From assembly GCA_043228905.1 (NCBI GenBank), contig JBHGNT010000008.1, forward strand, positions 18,972,001-19,036,000: a stretch of DNA of 64,000 nt. The letters are read 5' to 3'. The DNA comes from Azolla caroliniana (taxonomy: Eukaryota > Plantae > Polypodiophyta). The position numbers were made by a program, and so were the translations under genes. Position 1 is the stretch's first letter; every line of letters starts with the position of its first letter. Positions 48,301-61,100 of the stretch are shown piece after piece. The notes under the pieces were generated by a model, which had not been told where the DNA came from, ran no database searches, and saw only the letters and a list, made by a program, of their open reading frames with translations.

Positions 48301-50314
48301 AGTGGCGCGGATCCGGTAGCTCAAGCCAAGACCGGAGGATGTAGAACGAGCCACGGAAAAGCTATGGTCCGCGAGGGTAAAGAACAAAGAACGATTCGAC
48401 AGGACCCACCAACTACGACCGAGGAAAATCGAGGAAGGCGATTGGGTTCTGATATATGACAGCAGCCTCGACAACCAACACAAGGCAATGCAGAAGTTCG
48501 CAAGGAGGTGGTTCGGGGCTTACGTGGTGACAAGCGCCAACGACAAGGGGACCTACCATCTCGCGGAGCTTGACGGGACGAGGATGACAGTGCCGGTGGC
48601 CGAGAAAAGGATCAAAGTGTTCAAAAAGCGGCATGAGGAGGAACCGGACCCGGACAACTTGGATGGCGAAGACGACTAGTTCGGGGCGAATGGCGATCCG
48701 AAGGAGGAAGGGTAAGCGCGGGCCAGTCTTTCCCAACAAGAGTCTATTTTGGCGCATACCGGTGGATGCGCGGTTAGGTGGGAGCGGATGACGTGGAGAA
48801 AACCATCCCTAGACGGAATCGGAGAATAATGTGTGCGAACTGACCCTTGTACATGGCCACAAGTTTTGTTGTTATATATATATATAAATAGGTACGAGTC
48901 GACTGATGTGAATATCCTAGGTAGCATGCATTTGTTAGGTAGAAAATCGAGGCGTACCTCTGTCCGAAAGGACAGAGAATAAAGATGACGTAACGGGTTG
49001 TGACGACCTCCCTCCTTGGGCTATAAAAGAGAGGGAGAGGAGTCGAAATAGGGATCTCTTTTGTCGAGGACGAAGTGCTGTCGGACTGGGACCAAGTTCT
49101 TCTCCTCCGTCTTTCTCTGTATTTGCCTTGTGCAGGTTTCAGGAGGCTAACTCTGCTCCACGGAACGCCCAAGTGCTTCTGGCTGAGTCTCCATCTCGCG
49201 TCTGTGTGCGTGTGTGCATGTAGGCGTTGCAACTTGTCGCTCACCGGCCTGCTGGTTGTAACTCCTTTCGTCTGATATATTGTTAGGAAACAGGTCCCTC
49301 CGGATGGGAAGTGAGAAGAACAGTGTTGATGAGCAACTCGGCCGAGGCCGAATACGGATGTGGAGTACCCGCCAACGGAAGACCCGATGAGAACTGGATG
49401 ATGAGTACCCAGCAAGGAAGGCCCGGTGAGAACCGGATGACGAGTGCCCGGTGAGGACTGCTCACCGGATGAAGGGACATATTCGTAAATATGTTTCTGA
49501 GAGTCCATTGGGGCTATATTTGTAAAGAGCCGAAAAGTCATATTAGTATAAATATGACTTAGGGCAAACTTAGTGTAGTGTAGTGGTCATTCTTGTTGGT
49601 GCAAGATTTGAGTGCAACCGTTGTCGTGAAGAAAACCGTCCCTTAGCGCAATCAGTGCATAGTGCGCGTGAACCGGCTCTTCACGCGTGAGCGCCCTTTA
49701 ATGTATATAATAGGGAATTAGGTACATAGGTATATCTGGGTAGTCAGATTCGGTAGGTAGGAAGTAAATGAGGGAGACGCCTCCCTTCTTGAAGCTATAA
49801 AAGAAAGGGAGACGCGGGGAGAAGGGGATCGCGCATTGAGGAGGAGGAAGTGCTGTCGGACCGTAACCGAACGCTTCTCCTCTGTTTGTTCTCTATTGCT
49901 CTTCTCTGCAGGTTTTCGGGAGGCTCGCGCTACTTCGAGGAACACCCGTGTGCTTCCAGCAGCACCTCCATCCTATCCCCTTTCGTGCACAGATGAACAG
50001 GCATCGGCATCTGTTCGCCTGCCTGTTCGGTTGTAACCGCTCGCATGCTCTGTTGTGTATTTGTTATTTGTTAATATACAAACTTTCGGGTCTCTCTATC
50101 TCTGTGTCCACTCGTGTTTTCTGCGTTGACGGGCCGTGTCCCTGTGTTTCTTTGCTCATACGTAACCGGTCGTCTCTCTCTTTCTCTTTCCCCTCCTATC
50201 ACCTGCTCTTCGGTTCAAGACCCCGATGCTCCCGCCTCGTTTCTCCACGCATGCGCGTAGAAACGCGACATCTTTGGTGAACCCGACGTGAACAAGGCAG
50301 TAGAGGAGCAGAAG

Positions 50315-52402
50315 ATGAGGGGGTCGGATCTTGCAGAGGCCATGGCTTCGGCCGTGGACCGGATAGTGAGCGTGCGCGAGGGCACCGCCGCCCTTGACAG
50401 GGCTATTGAGGCGATCGTCGGTATGATCGGCCGGTTCAGTGGAAAGGAAATGATCGGGCGGAGATGTTGATGAGGGATATTCCGGAAGAGAGGCGTCTTG
50501 CCAGATTCCCTCTAGTGGCGATGCCAGGCATCCATGCAAAGGTGCTCGAGGTCCGGGCGGAGAGCCGGACCTGGGAGGAGTTCGAAGGACGGCTCCTAGA
50601 GAAATACGGGCTGGATGACGCGCTTCGACTTTCGAAGCGGGGCTTCATGGAGTGGGTGGAGTCCCCCGACAAAGGAAGAAATGCGTCGGCACTCCTCCGG
50701 GAGTTTGAGGATAGCTTTGCGCGCCTTTCGGCGCTCGATCGGACCGTCTTGGACACAAGTCGTGTCCTACTGTTTGTCAAATCGGTTGACGCACAGGATC
50801 GGGAGCAAGTGGGCTCCTTACTGGAACCGATGATGGGCTGACGGTCGACTGGGCCGCGGTAAAAAGAGTCTACGGCCGTTTTGACAAACGGTGGGAGTGG
50901 GCCGATACAGGGGCGACTGGGGCGGGTCCTATCACAACAAGGCATCTCGAACCGATACCGCAGGCGCGACGGGAAGAGACCCGGGAGTGGCTCGAAACCG
51001 GTTCGGCTTCGACCGGCGTGGTCAAAGGCTCGTCCGGGGGGACAACTTTGGAGGAGTTGACACAGGCGGTAAAGGATCTCCAGATCGCCCAGGCTCGGAG
51101 GGAAGGCGGCGATCAGGCTCGTGACCGACGGCCTCCGGCAGGAAATAGGTGCATGTGGTGCGACGAGGTCGGCCACATCCGGAAAGACTGCGGGGACTTT
51201 GCGGAGGCTTTGAGAAGCCGGGTAGTGTACCTGTGGGAAGGTCGGGTGCACGCTAGCGATACCCGGAGGGCCCTGAACCGAAACGACGGGCGAGGAGGAA
51301 TGAAAAGGTTGATGGAAGAGGCGGCGGCCCGGCATGCGGAGACCGTCCACTACTCAGCGTCAACCGGTATCCGGGTCGGAGGTAGCGAGGCCCAGAAGGA
51401 GAGCAAAGTCGGGTTCTGGCTGACGGTGCTGGAAGGCCTCGCCGGTGCCCGACTAAAGAAAGACGAAGCGGACCGCGCGGAGAAGCGGGTCTAGGAGGTA
51501 ACCGGGTGGAGTGACTCGGTCGAAGAAAAGACGGGTTTCGTTGAAGCAGCTTGCCAGAACTACGAGGCTCTGGTAGAAGACAAACGAGTAGGTAAAACCG
51601 GAGGGGCCGGACCCTCACAGAGATACGAAACCCGATTCAGGCCGAAACGGAATGAGGCCGGTGAGTCCAGTGGTCGGGATAACCACAAGAAGGGCGGATA
51701 TCGTTTGGGCACGGAGATCGAAAGGTCTTGGAAGAACGAATCCTCAACAGCAAGGTGGAACTGTCGTTGCGGGAGGTGCTCGAAATCGCCAAGAAGGAGT
51801 TCCACGACTCCATCGTAGACTTGGTAAAGAGGAAGAGGCTGTCGACGGAGGCAGAACCGGAAAGGCCGGTGGAGGTGCGGACAACGCACATAGAGGACAT
51901 GGCGTTGGAAGACGAGTGGGCGGAGAGCCACTATTCGAGGCCACACTAGGCCCAAGCGACCACGGAAACACCGGTGAAGATCGGAGATGTTCAGGAACCG
52001 GTGGTGGCGCTGGTGGACCACGGTTCAGAAATAAACCTGATGTCCATGGACTTCTACAAGAAGGGAAAATGGCCGATCAACACCAAGCACGGGTGGAAGA
52101 TACGGGCGGCGACGCACGCCACTGAGGAACTACACGGGGCCTACCCAAACGTGCGAGTCAAGATCGGCGACGTCGAGATAGATCAGCACTTCTTTGTGCA
52201 GGAGACGTCCTCGCACCCGGTCATACTGGGAGAATCGTACATTACGGCAGCGCGGATGGAGACCAAGGTGCTGGACAACGGGTCTGCTTATGCGAGGGTC
52301 AAGAGTCAGGACGGGCGTCATTCAGTCCAGTTCCTGACAGTGCGACCGAACCATGAGCGAAACCGCGAGTCCCTCGGTGGTGAGAACCGAGAGGATTTTT
52401 AG
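50315..52402 (+). pseudogene. gag: G3 ORF1: Gag + Zn knuckle + aspartic protease
   Basis: MRGSDLAEAM..., CMWCDEVGHIRKDC, ALVDHGSEINLM; ends at the conserved TAG. Confidence 0.85.
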
Positions 52403-52458
52403 AGAGGGTTGTCAAGGCGTGGGGCCGCGACAGTCCGGACACTTCGGGAAAACCCCAC
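52393..52458 (+). other. -1 frameshift signal, G3
   Basis: GGATTTT-TAG; stem 1 GGGTTGTC/GACAGTCC covaries with G1/G2; stem 2 GTGGGG/CCCCAC. Confidence 0.78.
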
Positions 52459-55400
52459 AAATGTACGATAGAGGCGAAGCCGAAGAAACCTTGTACCATA
52501 AGTAGGAAGTTTTGTTTCTCCGACAACGGAGGGTGTACGATCGTCGGCGTCGTTGGCCGAGAAAAGACAAGGGCGGAAGAGCGGCTTCGGGGGTGCGGAG
52601 TTCTCGGGCCCAGCGAGGAAATCAACTGACCCGTGGAGGCGGTCTCCTTCGACGATACCTTGGGAATACTGTGAGAGGTGGTCGGAGAGGGCCTTAAAGA
52701 GGACCGGACGATACCGGTTTGTTCTGAAGAGATGTACGAAGTCATCGCGGACTTCAGTCGAGGGCTCGAGTCGGATCGGACGGCCCGGGTTAACACGAAG
52801 TGCAAGACTGTGGACCGGAAGGTAAGGCCAGTTGCGGCACCCTTACCGGAGTGTAGCGAGTTGCGAATCAAGGGGGTCGCGTCGGATCCCAGTTTACGGG
52901 ATCCGGCCTGCATAGGACACACCTTCACCGACAGAACGCTACGGGAGCTCAAAATCGGTGGGGGCGGGTTCCTACTGCCGGCGGAAGAAGACCGTTTTCG
53001 GAGAATGCTCCGAAGGCACAAGAAAGCCTTCGTATTCTCACCGGGAGAGATCGGGTGCGTAGACCCGATGTTCGTGAAGCCGATGGTAATATTCACGGTA
53101 CCGCATGTGCCGTGGAATCTCAAACCAATTCCGGTACCGAGAGCTCACATCCCGGAGCTGATGGAGCTGTTAAGGCAGAAAGTCGATATGGGCATCCTCG
53201 AACCATCAAGTGCCCCGTACTCGAACCAGTGGTTTACTGTACCGAAGAAGAACGGGACGTTGCGCTTCATTCAAGACATGCAACCGGTCAACAGAGTGAC
53301 CATTCGGAACGCAGGAATCGGACCAACGATAGACGAGTTCGCAGAGGCCTTCGCCGGAAGGTCGATCTACTCAGTCGGTGATCTGTACTCGGGGTACGAT
53401 CAGTTCCAACTAGCCGTAGAGAGCAGAGACATTACGACGATGCAGACTCCTCTCAGCCTAGTGCGGATGTGTACCCTGCCATAAGGAGGGACGAACTCGG
53501 TGGCCCACATGGTGAATGCGATGAACAAGGTGCGGAGGGATTGTATCCCGGACATCACCATGCCATTCTTGGACGACATCCCGATCAAGGGATGTCCGGT
53601 GGAGGAAAAGGACGAAACGATCGGACCGAACGGATGCCGGAAATTCGTGGCGACACACATTGACGACTGCGAGAGGGTGCTGCAGAGGCTAGAGGACGCG
53701 AGGCTCACCTTCTCCGAGGAGAAATCGGCCTTCGGGCAAACAGAGATCATGGTCGTCGGACATCTATGCGGACCGTATGGCCAGAAACCGTCTCTGGCTA
53801 AGGTGGAACCCATCTCCGCAATGAAGCCCGACTGTAACTCGGTCACGGAGGAACGGAGGTTCTTGGGAGCATGCGCGTTCTACCACATATGGATCCCACA
53901 TTACGCCCACGTTGCCGAGCCGTTATACGGGTTGTTGAAAAAGGGGTGAAATTTCGAGTGGCGAGACAAGCATACGGAATCGGTCCGAAAGATGAAGGAG
54001 GCTCTTGCTACAGCTCCGACACTCCGGAAGGTTGTCTACGAGAAAGGCACTCCCGTCTACATAACGGTAGATACAAGTTCGATCGGGATCGGATGGGTTG
54101 TCAACCAAGAAGATGAGGACGGCATTCGGTTCCCAATCCGGTTCAGTGCGAAGGTCCTCAGCGAGCGACAGCGAGGATACGCCCAGGTTAAACGCAAACT
54201 CTGGGGTATCGTTTCAGCGGTGAAGGCCGATAAAGACTATCTGATCGGGACAAAGGTGATTATCGAGACGGACTGCCTGCCGATTCTCGGCATGGTTTCC
54301 GGATGCGCAACCCCGGACCTGGCGTACATCAAGTCCCTGGATCCGGAAATACGACACATTTCCGGGAAAGACAATGCCATGGCTGACATGCTTTCGAGGG
54401 CGCGATTCGACGACGAGGGCGGCATGGTTTTGGAGGACGAGGAAGTCGGCGTGGACTTCTTCGAGGCGGCTTACGTAACAACCGAGGGGGGGAGCACTCC
54501 GGCGCTTAACGATTTTAACAAAAGCAAGTACGATGGGGAGTGGCTGCAGATTGGAGGATTCTTAAGGACGATGACGCCGGACGCGTCATGGACAAAGGAT
54601 GAGGCCAACCGGATCCGGAAGAAAGCGTACCGATTCTTTCTCCGGGACGGATACTTGTGGAAGCACCCGAAGAAGAGAAACGGCATCCCGCTCCGAGTAC
54701 TGGCGATGAAGGAGGAACAGGAGGAGTTACTGAAGGCCTACCACGACAGCCCCTGGGCTAGACACCGTGGAAAGTGGGCCACGTTCGAGAAACTAAAAGG
54801 AAAGTACTGGTGGCCGGGACTATACCGGGACGTGCATCGGTTCGTGACAACTTGTGAGAGCTGTCAGATACACTCCATAGTCCGACATCGGGACGAGCTT
54901 CATCCTACATACCCTCCGGCCATCCACTTCAAATGGATGGTAGATTTGGTGACGATGCCGATGGGCGTAGGGCAGATGTGATATCTGGTGCTGGCCCGGG
55001 AGGACCTGACGAACCAGGTGGAAGGCCGAGCCCTGCAGAACAAAATGACCGCAGCTGTGTGTCGGTTCTTGATCGAGGACGTGATATGCCAGTACGGGTG
55101 CGTCGGGAAGATCGTGGCTGACCGCGGGGAGTTGGACGCCGAAGAGGCCGAGGAGCTGTTCGACCGGTTAGGGGTCAAGCTCTCGCTCACCACAGCGTAC
55201 AATCCGGAAGTGAACGGGAAGGTGGAGTGCGGACATGGACTGATCGTCAAAGCGCTAGTTCGGGCATGCGAAGGCCAGGTCGGGAACTGGCCACGACTGT
55301 TACCTTATGCCTTGTGGGCGGACCGGACAACGCACAATTCGGTAACCCGGTTCATGCCGTCAAAGCTCATGTTCGGACAGAAGCTGATCATGCCGATGGA

Positions 55401-55962
55401 ATGGACGATCTCCTCTTGGGCGACAGTGGACTGGAGAGACGAGATGAGTCGGGAGGAACTGCTACCGGCGCGTATCCGGCAGCTCGAGCGGAGGCCAGAG
55501 GACGTGGAACGAGCGGCGGAGAGATTTCGGACGGCGAGGATGAGGAACAAAGCCCAGTTCGACCGAACGCACCGGCTCCGACCAAAGAAAATCGAGGAAG
55601 GCGACTGGGTACTAGTCTACGACAGCAGCCTCGACAACCAGCACCGAGCAACACGGAAGTTTGCAAAGCGGTGGTTCGGGCCTTACGTCGTAACGAGCGC
55701 CAACGACAACGGGACGTATCACCTGGCAGAACTCGACGGTACGAGGATGGTGATACCGGTAGCAGGGAAGCGGATCAAAGCGTTCAAGAAGCGCCACGAC
55801 GGTGAACCGGATCTAAGAGGCCTGGACAGCGACGACAAACAATCCGAAACGGAGGACGAACCGATGAACGAAGAACCGGAACTCGGACCGGTTTTCTCCA
55901 ACCAGAGCGCAATTTTGGCGCATACCGGTGGATGCGCGGTTAGGTGGGGGCGGATATCGTGA
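52399..55962 (+). pseudogene. pol: G3 ORF2: RT-RNase H-integrase in the -1 frame
   Basis: DLYSGYDQ, FLDDIPIKG, TVDTS, HDSPW..HRG..CESCQ, ADRGE, RWFGPY. Confidence 0.9.
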
Positions 55963-58116
55963 AGAAAACCGTCCCTTAGCGCAATCGGTGCATAGTGTGC
56001 GTGAACCGGCTCTTCACGCGTGCGCGCCCTTTAATGTATATAATAGGGAATTAGGTACATAGGTATATCTGGGTAGTCAGATTCGGTAGATAGGAAGTAA
56101 ATGAGGGAGACGGCTCCCTTCTTGAAGCTATAAAAGAAAGGGAGACACGGGGAGAAGGGGATCGCGCATTGAGGAGGAGGAAGTGTTGTCGGACCGTAAC
56201 CAAACACTTCTCCTCTGTTTGTTCTCTATTGCTCTTCTCTGCAGGTTTTCGGGAGGCTCGTGCTGCTTCGAGGAACGCCCGTGTGCTTCCGGCAGCACCT
56301 CCATCCTATCCCCTTTCGTGCGCAGACGAACAGGCATCGGCATCTGTTCGTCGGCCTATTCGGTTGTAACCGCTCGTGTGCTCTGTTGTGTATTTGTTAT
56401 TCGTTAATATACAAACTTTCGTGTCTCTCTATCTCTGTGTCCACTCGTGTTTTCTGCGTTGACGGGCCGTGTCCCTGTGTTTCTTTGCTCATACGTAACC
56501 GGTCGTCTCTCTCTTTCTCTTTCCCCTCCTATCACCTGCTCTTCGGTTCAAGACCCCGGTGCTCCCGCCTCGTTTCTCCACGCACGCGCGTAGAAACGCG
56601 ACACCGTGTAAAGAGAGAGAGTGAGAGACGAAGAGGACGTTGTCTCTGTTGTAACCGCCGCCTGTGGCGAAGATAGTGAACAAGAGGTCGTTGCCTCTAT
56701 GTTCATCTATTGTATATCATAACATAGTGATAGTTTGCAGTCTGTGGACTGCCATGGTTTTTCCCGTGTTTGGGTTTTCCACGTAAACATCCTGTGTATT
56801 CTTCTCTTTAATGTGTCGTGCGTATATTACCCGTTTTTCTGTGTTTGATCCTAGACTTGGTGGTGGCCGAGCGTTGTTTTCGGAGTGTGTAGTCCTCACA
56901 AACTGGTATCAGAACAAAACGACACAGAAAAATGGACGATTCGTTGGGAGGCATGTTCAAGCTCACCGGCTCCAACTATTCGGTGTGGAAGTCGAAGATG
57001 AGGGACATGCTCGTGGTTAGAGATCTTTGGTTGCCGGTTCAGTTCGGGGACAAGAGACTGGACAAAATCGACGCCACGATATGGGAGGTGATGCACATGA
57101 AGACAATGGCGTACATACGGTGCTTCATCGACAGGGTCTATACAACAACTTCAATGAACAGAGCAATGCTCATGAGCTCTGGGAGAAGATCGACATTATG
57201 TTTCAGAACAAAAATGTTGTTAATTAGGTTTCAGTATTTCGGAAGCTAGTAAGACTCCGGTACCAAGATGGCTCCAGCATGGCGGAGCACATGAATGCCT
57301 TCCAGGGGCTGATCCACCAGGCAACATCATTGGAAGTACCTCTCACCGATGAGGTAATAGCACTACTCCTGCTCGGTTCCCTCCCAGATAGCTGGGAGAC
57401 GTTGGTTGTCACTTTGGGCAACGTCGTGCCAGAAGGGAAATGGTTATCCCTGGCAAGAGTGAAGTCGAGCTTGCTAGAATGAGGAGGCGCGTCGGAAAGA
57501 CAAGGATACGAACTCTGACTCCAAAGCGCTCATTACCAAATCGGAACGTGGAAGACAAAGGAACCGTAGTCCCCAGAACCGGGAGAAGTCGGGGACACGG
57601 TCAAAGTCAAGGGGGAGGCCTACCTGCTTCTATTGCGGCAAGCCGGGACACTTCCAGAAGAACTGTCGGCACTTCCGAAAAGACAAGGAAACCGATGGTA
57701 CCGATTCGAAGCGGACACCGGACCGGAACGGTAAAGAACGGAGGGGAACGGACCGGAAGGGAATGATGGCAATCGCGGCAAGTGAAGAAGAGTTGATGCT
57801 CATCACTGAGGAGAGTGAGCTAAACCTTGCCGGCGACGAGATGACCTGGGTGGTCGACTCCGGAGCATCGTTCCACCTTACCCCAGCCCGGAAATGCTTC
57901 TCATCCTACTCAGCCGGTGATCACGGTTGTGTCCGGATGGGGAATGAAGGTACATGCCGAATTGTCGACATAGGAGACGTGTGGTTGACAACACCAACCG
58001 GATGCAAGCTGCTGCTGAAGGATGTTCGACACGTTCCGGAGGTTCGTCTGAACCTGATATCAGTCGGTCGACTAGATGATAAAGGCTACACGGGTAGCAT
58101 CCAGAACGGTGTTATG

Positions 58117-61100
58117 TGTTACCGGCCGGCAAAGGAGTCCAGAGTGGGAAACGGAGAGCTAATTAGGTAGTAGGAATGTGGTTGTAATTAAGCTATGAGT
58201 GTGGACGGACGGACCGGAATCAGTATGCCGTTCCGGATCCGGACCGATCCCGAACAGGTGCAAATGACACCGTTTTGTAATACAGACCGGAAACCTATTT
58301 AAAGGCCCAGATACAATGTAATAGGGAGCGGTTAATTAATGAAAGCTTAAGCGTTGTTATCTCTCTGTGTTAATTGTCGTTCTGTCTTAATTGTTATATC
58401 TTACGCGTGTTATGAAAGACGATCCTAATAAGTAACTTAATTAAGTCGGATTAAGCGTTGAAGTCTAATCCGGTTGCCGTAACACCCTTGAAGTGTCTCC
58501 CGTAGACACCCTGTGTTAGGCCATTGTCCGGCCCGAAGAGTTAACACAGTTTTTGGCGACCACGATTCCTGTTTTTGCAGCGAACGACGGCACGGATGGA
58601 TGTCTAGATCAACGCACGACCTGGTTACAGACCGAACTCGACGCCTTGCCGAAAGGCAAAGGAGACGCGAGGCTTTCCAGCAAGCGGCGCAGGAAATTAG
58701 AGCGGATCGCTCGTTTTCCAACGTAATCCGGAGAGTAGCGGAGGACTCCCTCTGGTTACAGCAAACATCGCACCCGGACGACGGCAGCAGCCTAAGCAGC
58801 CTCCGGGAAACCGAATCCCTTCTCCACGCATTGGCAAACGGAGAAGGCGAAGCAGAAGCCTTTTCAGCATATGAATCGGACTCCGAAGGGGAATACAGCG
58901 TGCACACGAACTACCGTAGCAGCAACGAAACCCCGGGCGGACCGGAGGACGAAGGATCGGATACCTTACCGACACCGGAACCGGAACCGAAAGTGCTAAC
59001 GCTGGAACCCTCGGAACCAGCAGAGGAAGAACGACCTCCGACACCGGAAGTCGAAGAGGAGAGGCCTTCGTCACCAAAGGAAGAGAAACAACCGACACCA
59101 GAATCAAATCGGGAAAGACCACCGACACCGGAGAAAATTCCGGAACGAGCACCAACACTACCAGCCCGCGCACCGATACCGGACGACGACATGCCGTTCT
59201 AGTACTCCAAGTATAGAGATGATCCGGACGCGGAAGCTCATGTGCACGCCTTTGAACAGACATGGGAAGCCAACCATGTGTCCCAGCGATTGACCCCAGA
59301 AGAAGAAGAACGCTCTAAGATAGCGGAATTTGGCGTCACATTGGAGGGACCAGCAGCAAGATGGCGCCGGACGCAGGACCCGTCTACCATCAACACCTTT
59401 GCAGATTTAAAAGCTAAATTCATGCATTTTTTTCAAAAGGAGGTGGACCAGACCATAATGGTAGGCTTATTTTATACCATCCAGCAAGAGGCATGGGAGA
59501 GCATTCCCCAATTTGTCATCCGGTTTCAACGGATGCATAGTCAGCTTGCCCGTGCACCCCCGGAGGAGGAATTACGGACGATATTCCTAAACGCGCTCCG
59601 GGAACCCCTATGCACGGTTTGCACGGTAATCGATTTCCGCACAAGTACCATTGACCAGGTCATTGACCGGGTGAGAGAGATGGAAAAGACAAGCTCCTGG
59701 CTCACACTGGGAGCACTTCAACGAGCGTTACCGTCCAATGAAGACCTCCGGTTTGGGCAAGCAATACAGTGCACAACCTGCTTGAATTCCGGACACTCGG
59801 CTCTAGAATGCACTATGAGAACGCAATGTGTAATCTGTCAATCCAAGAGCCATACGACGGATAGGTGCGAGTATAATCTGTTGAATCGGCAAGCACCGTC
59901 CGTCCGACAAATTGAGCCACGCAGCAGCCGGGATGAAGAAGACGAACGCTGGCGGCGAATGGACCGGGACCGACCGGCACAGGATGTACGGTATGGCGAT
60001 CGACGGGAAAATGAGGTCCGGTACGGTGATCGGCGAGATAACTATGACCGGCATGATCGGTACCAGGATTACAATAGACGATACGAACAGTACGACGGGG
60101 AGCACTCCCCCGGATATCGTCAGCAACGGGAGGAATACGGCAGATATAACGGGCAACCCCGTCAAGAGTACCGTAATAAGAAGAGCTATAACAAAAAACA
60201 GCATTTTAAAAAAGGCGGCTACCCCCGGGATCCGGAACAAGGAGCTCCAAGTAGCCAACCGGTACAAAACCCCGCGCGTACCGTAGGACCTGCCCCGGGT
60301 ACAACAGACAATGCCGAATCTAGCAATACCCGGAAGGCCTACTATTACTACTGCCGACAGTAAGGCCATTATAGTAACCAATGCCTGGTGAAGAGCTATG
60401 AAAAACGATCGGCGGTAAATATGGTAGTCCCTGAGGTGGCAAACCTGCAGCAGGTGACCACAAGGTCGAAGGGCATGGCCAAGGAATGAGAGACACAGGA
60501 GACCATCCGGAAACAAGCAACGGAATGGGTAAAGAAAGCAAACGAGCAGAATGTCACAGACTTACAGCAGCAAAAGGAGAACACCGCAGGGCTTGCCGGC
60601 GACAGTCACTCCGAGAACGAGACATGGCAGGCGTTGCAAGAATGCCAGATTACGTTACCACTAGGAAGACTCCTACAACTCATGCCAAGATTCACGAAAG
60701 GACTGAAGACGGCCATGAAGGCAGGAGAACCATCACCGGCACCGGTACTCTTCTCGAATCCGGAGGAGGGACCAACAGTGGTAGACACCAGCAGTCCGGT
60801 AATCACTGCCATTGTAAAAGGGAAAGAACTCCCCGGCACAGTTATAGACGGAGGCTCTGGTGTAAATGTAATAAGCCTCCGGACGTGTGATGACCTAGGA
60901 ATCCACGAGTGGGAGCCGTGTCCGTTTTGGTTGCGGATGGCCGATACAAGCTCAGTGCGGCCGACAGGATTAATACGGAAATTAGAAGTCACCGTCGGCG
61001 GTCATACATTTCACATCTCGGCCGTAGTGCTACAATTACAGGCACAAGGCGCATACCCGCTATTGCTAGGGTGGCCATGGTTGAAAACGGCACATATCAA

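Larger units (their letters stand above)
41771..49280 (+). mobile_element. Gypsy G2: degenerate; 3' LTR interrupted by K2
   Basis: 5' LTR 41771-42432, Trp PBS 42437-42454, 3' LTR from 48789; left flank ACGT. Confidence 0.92.
49622..56603 (+). mobile_element. Gypsy G3: full-length, best-preserved G-family copy
   Basis: 649-bp LTRs 49622-50270 and 55955-56603; 4-bp TSD CCGT; Trp PBS 50275-50292; PPT about 55942-55954. Confidence 0.95.
49281..58116 (+). mobile_element. Copia K2: 5' LTR (49281-49621 plus 56608-56900, split by G3), Met-i PBS at 56904, gag-PR 56932-58116, interrupted by H2
   Basis: KLTGSNYSVWK, LLGSLPDSWE, CFYCGKPGHFQKNC, WVVDSGASFH, DVRHVPE; frameshifts and stops present. Confidence 0.9.
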
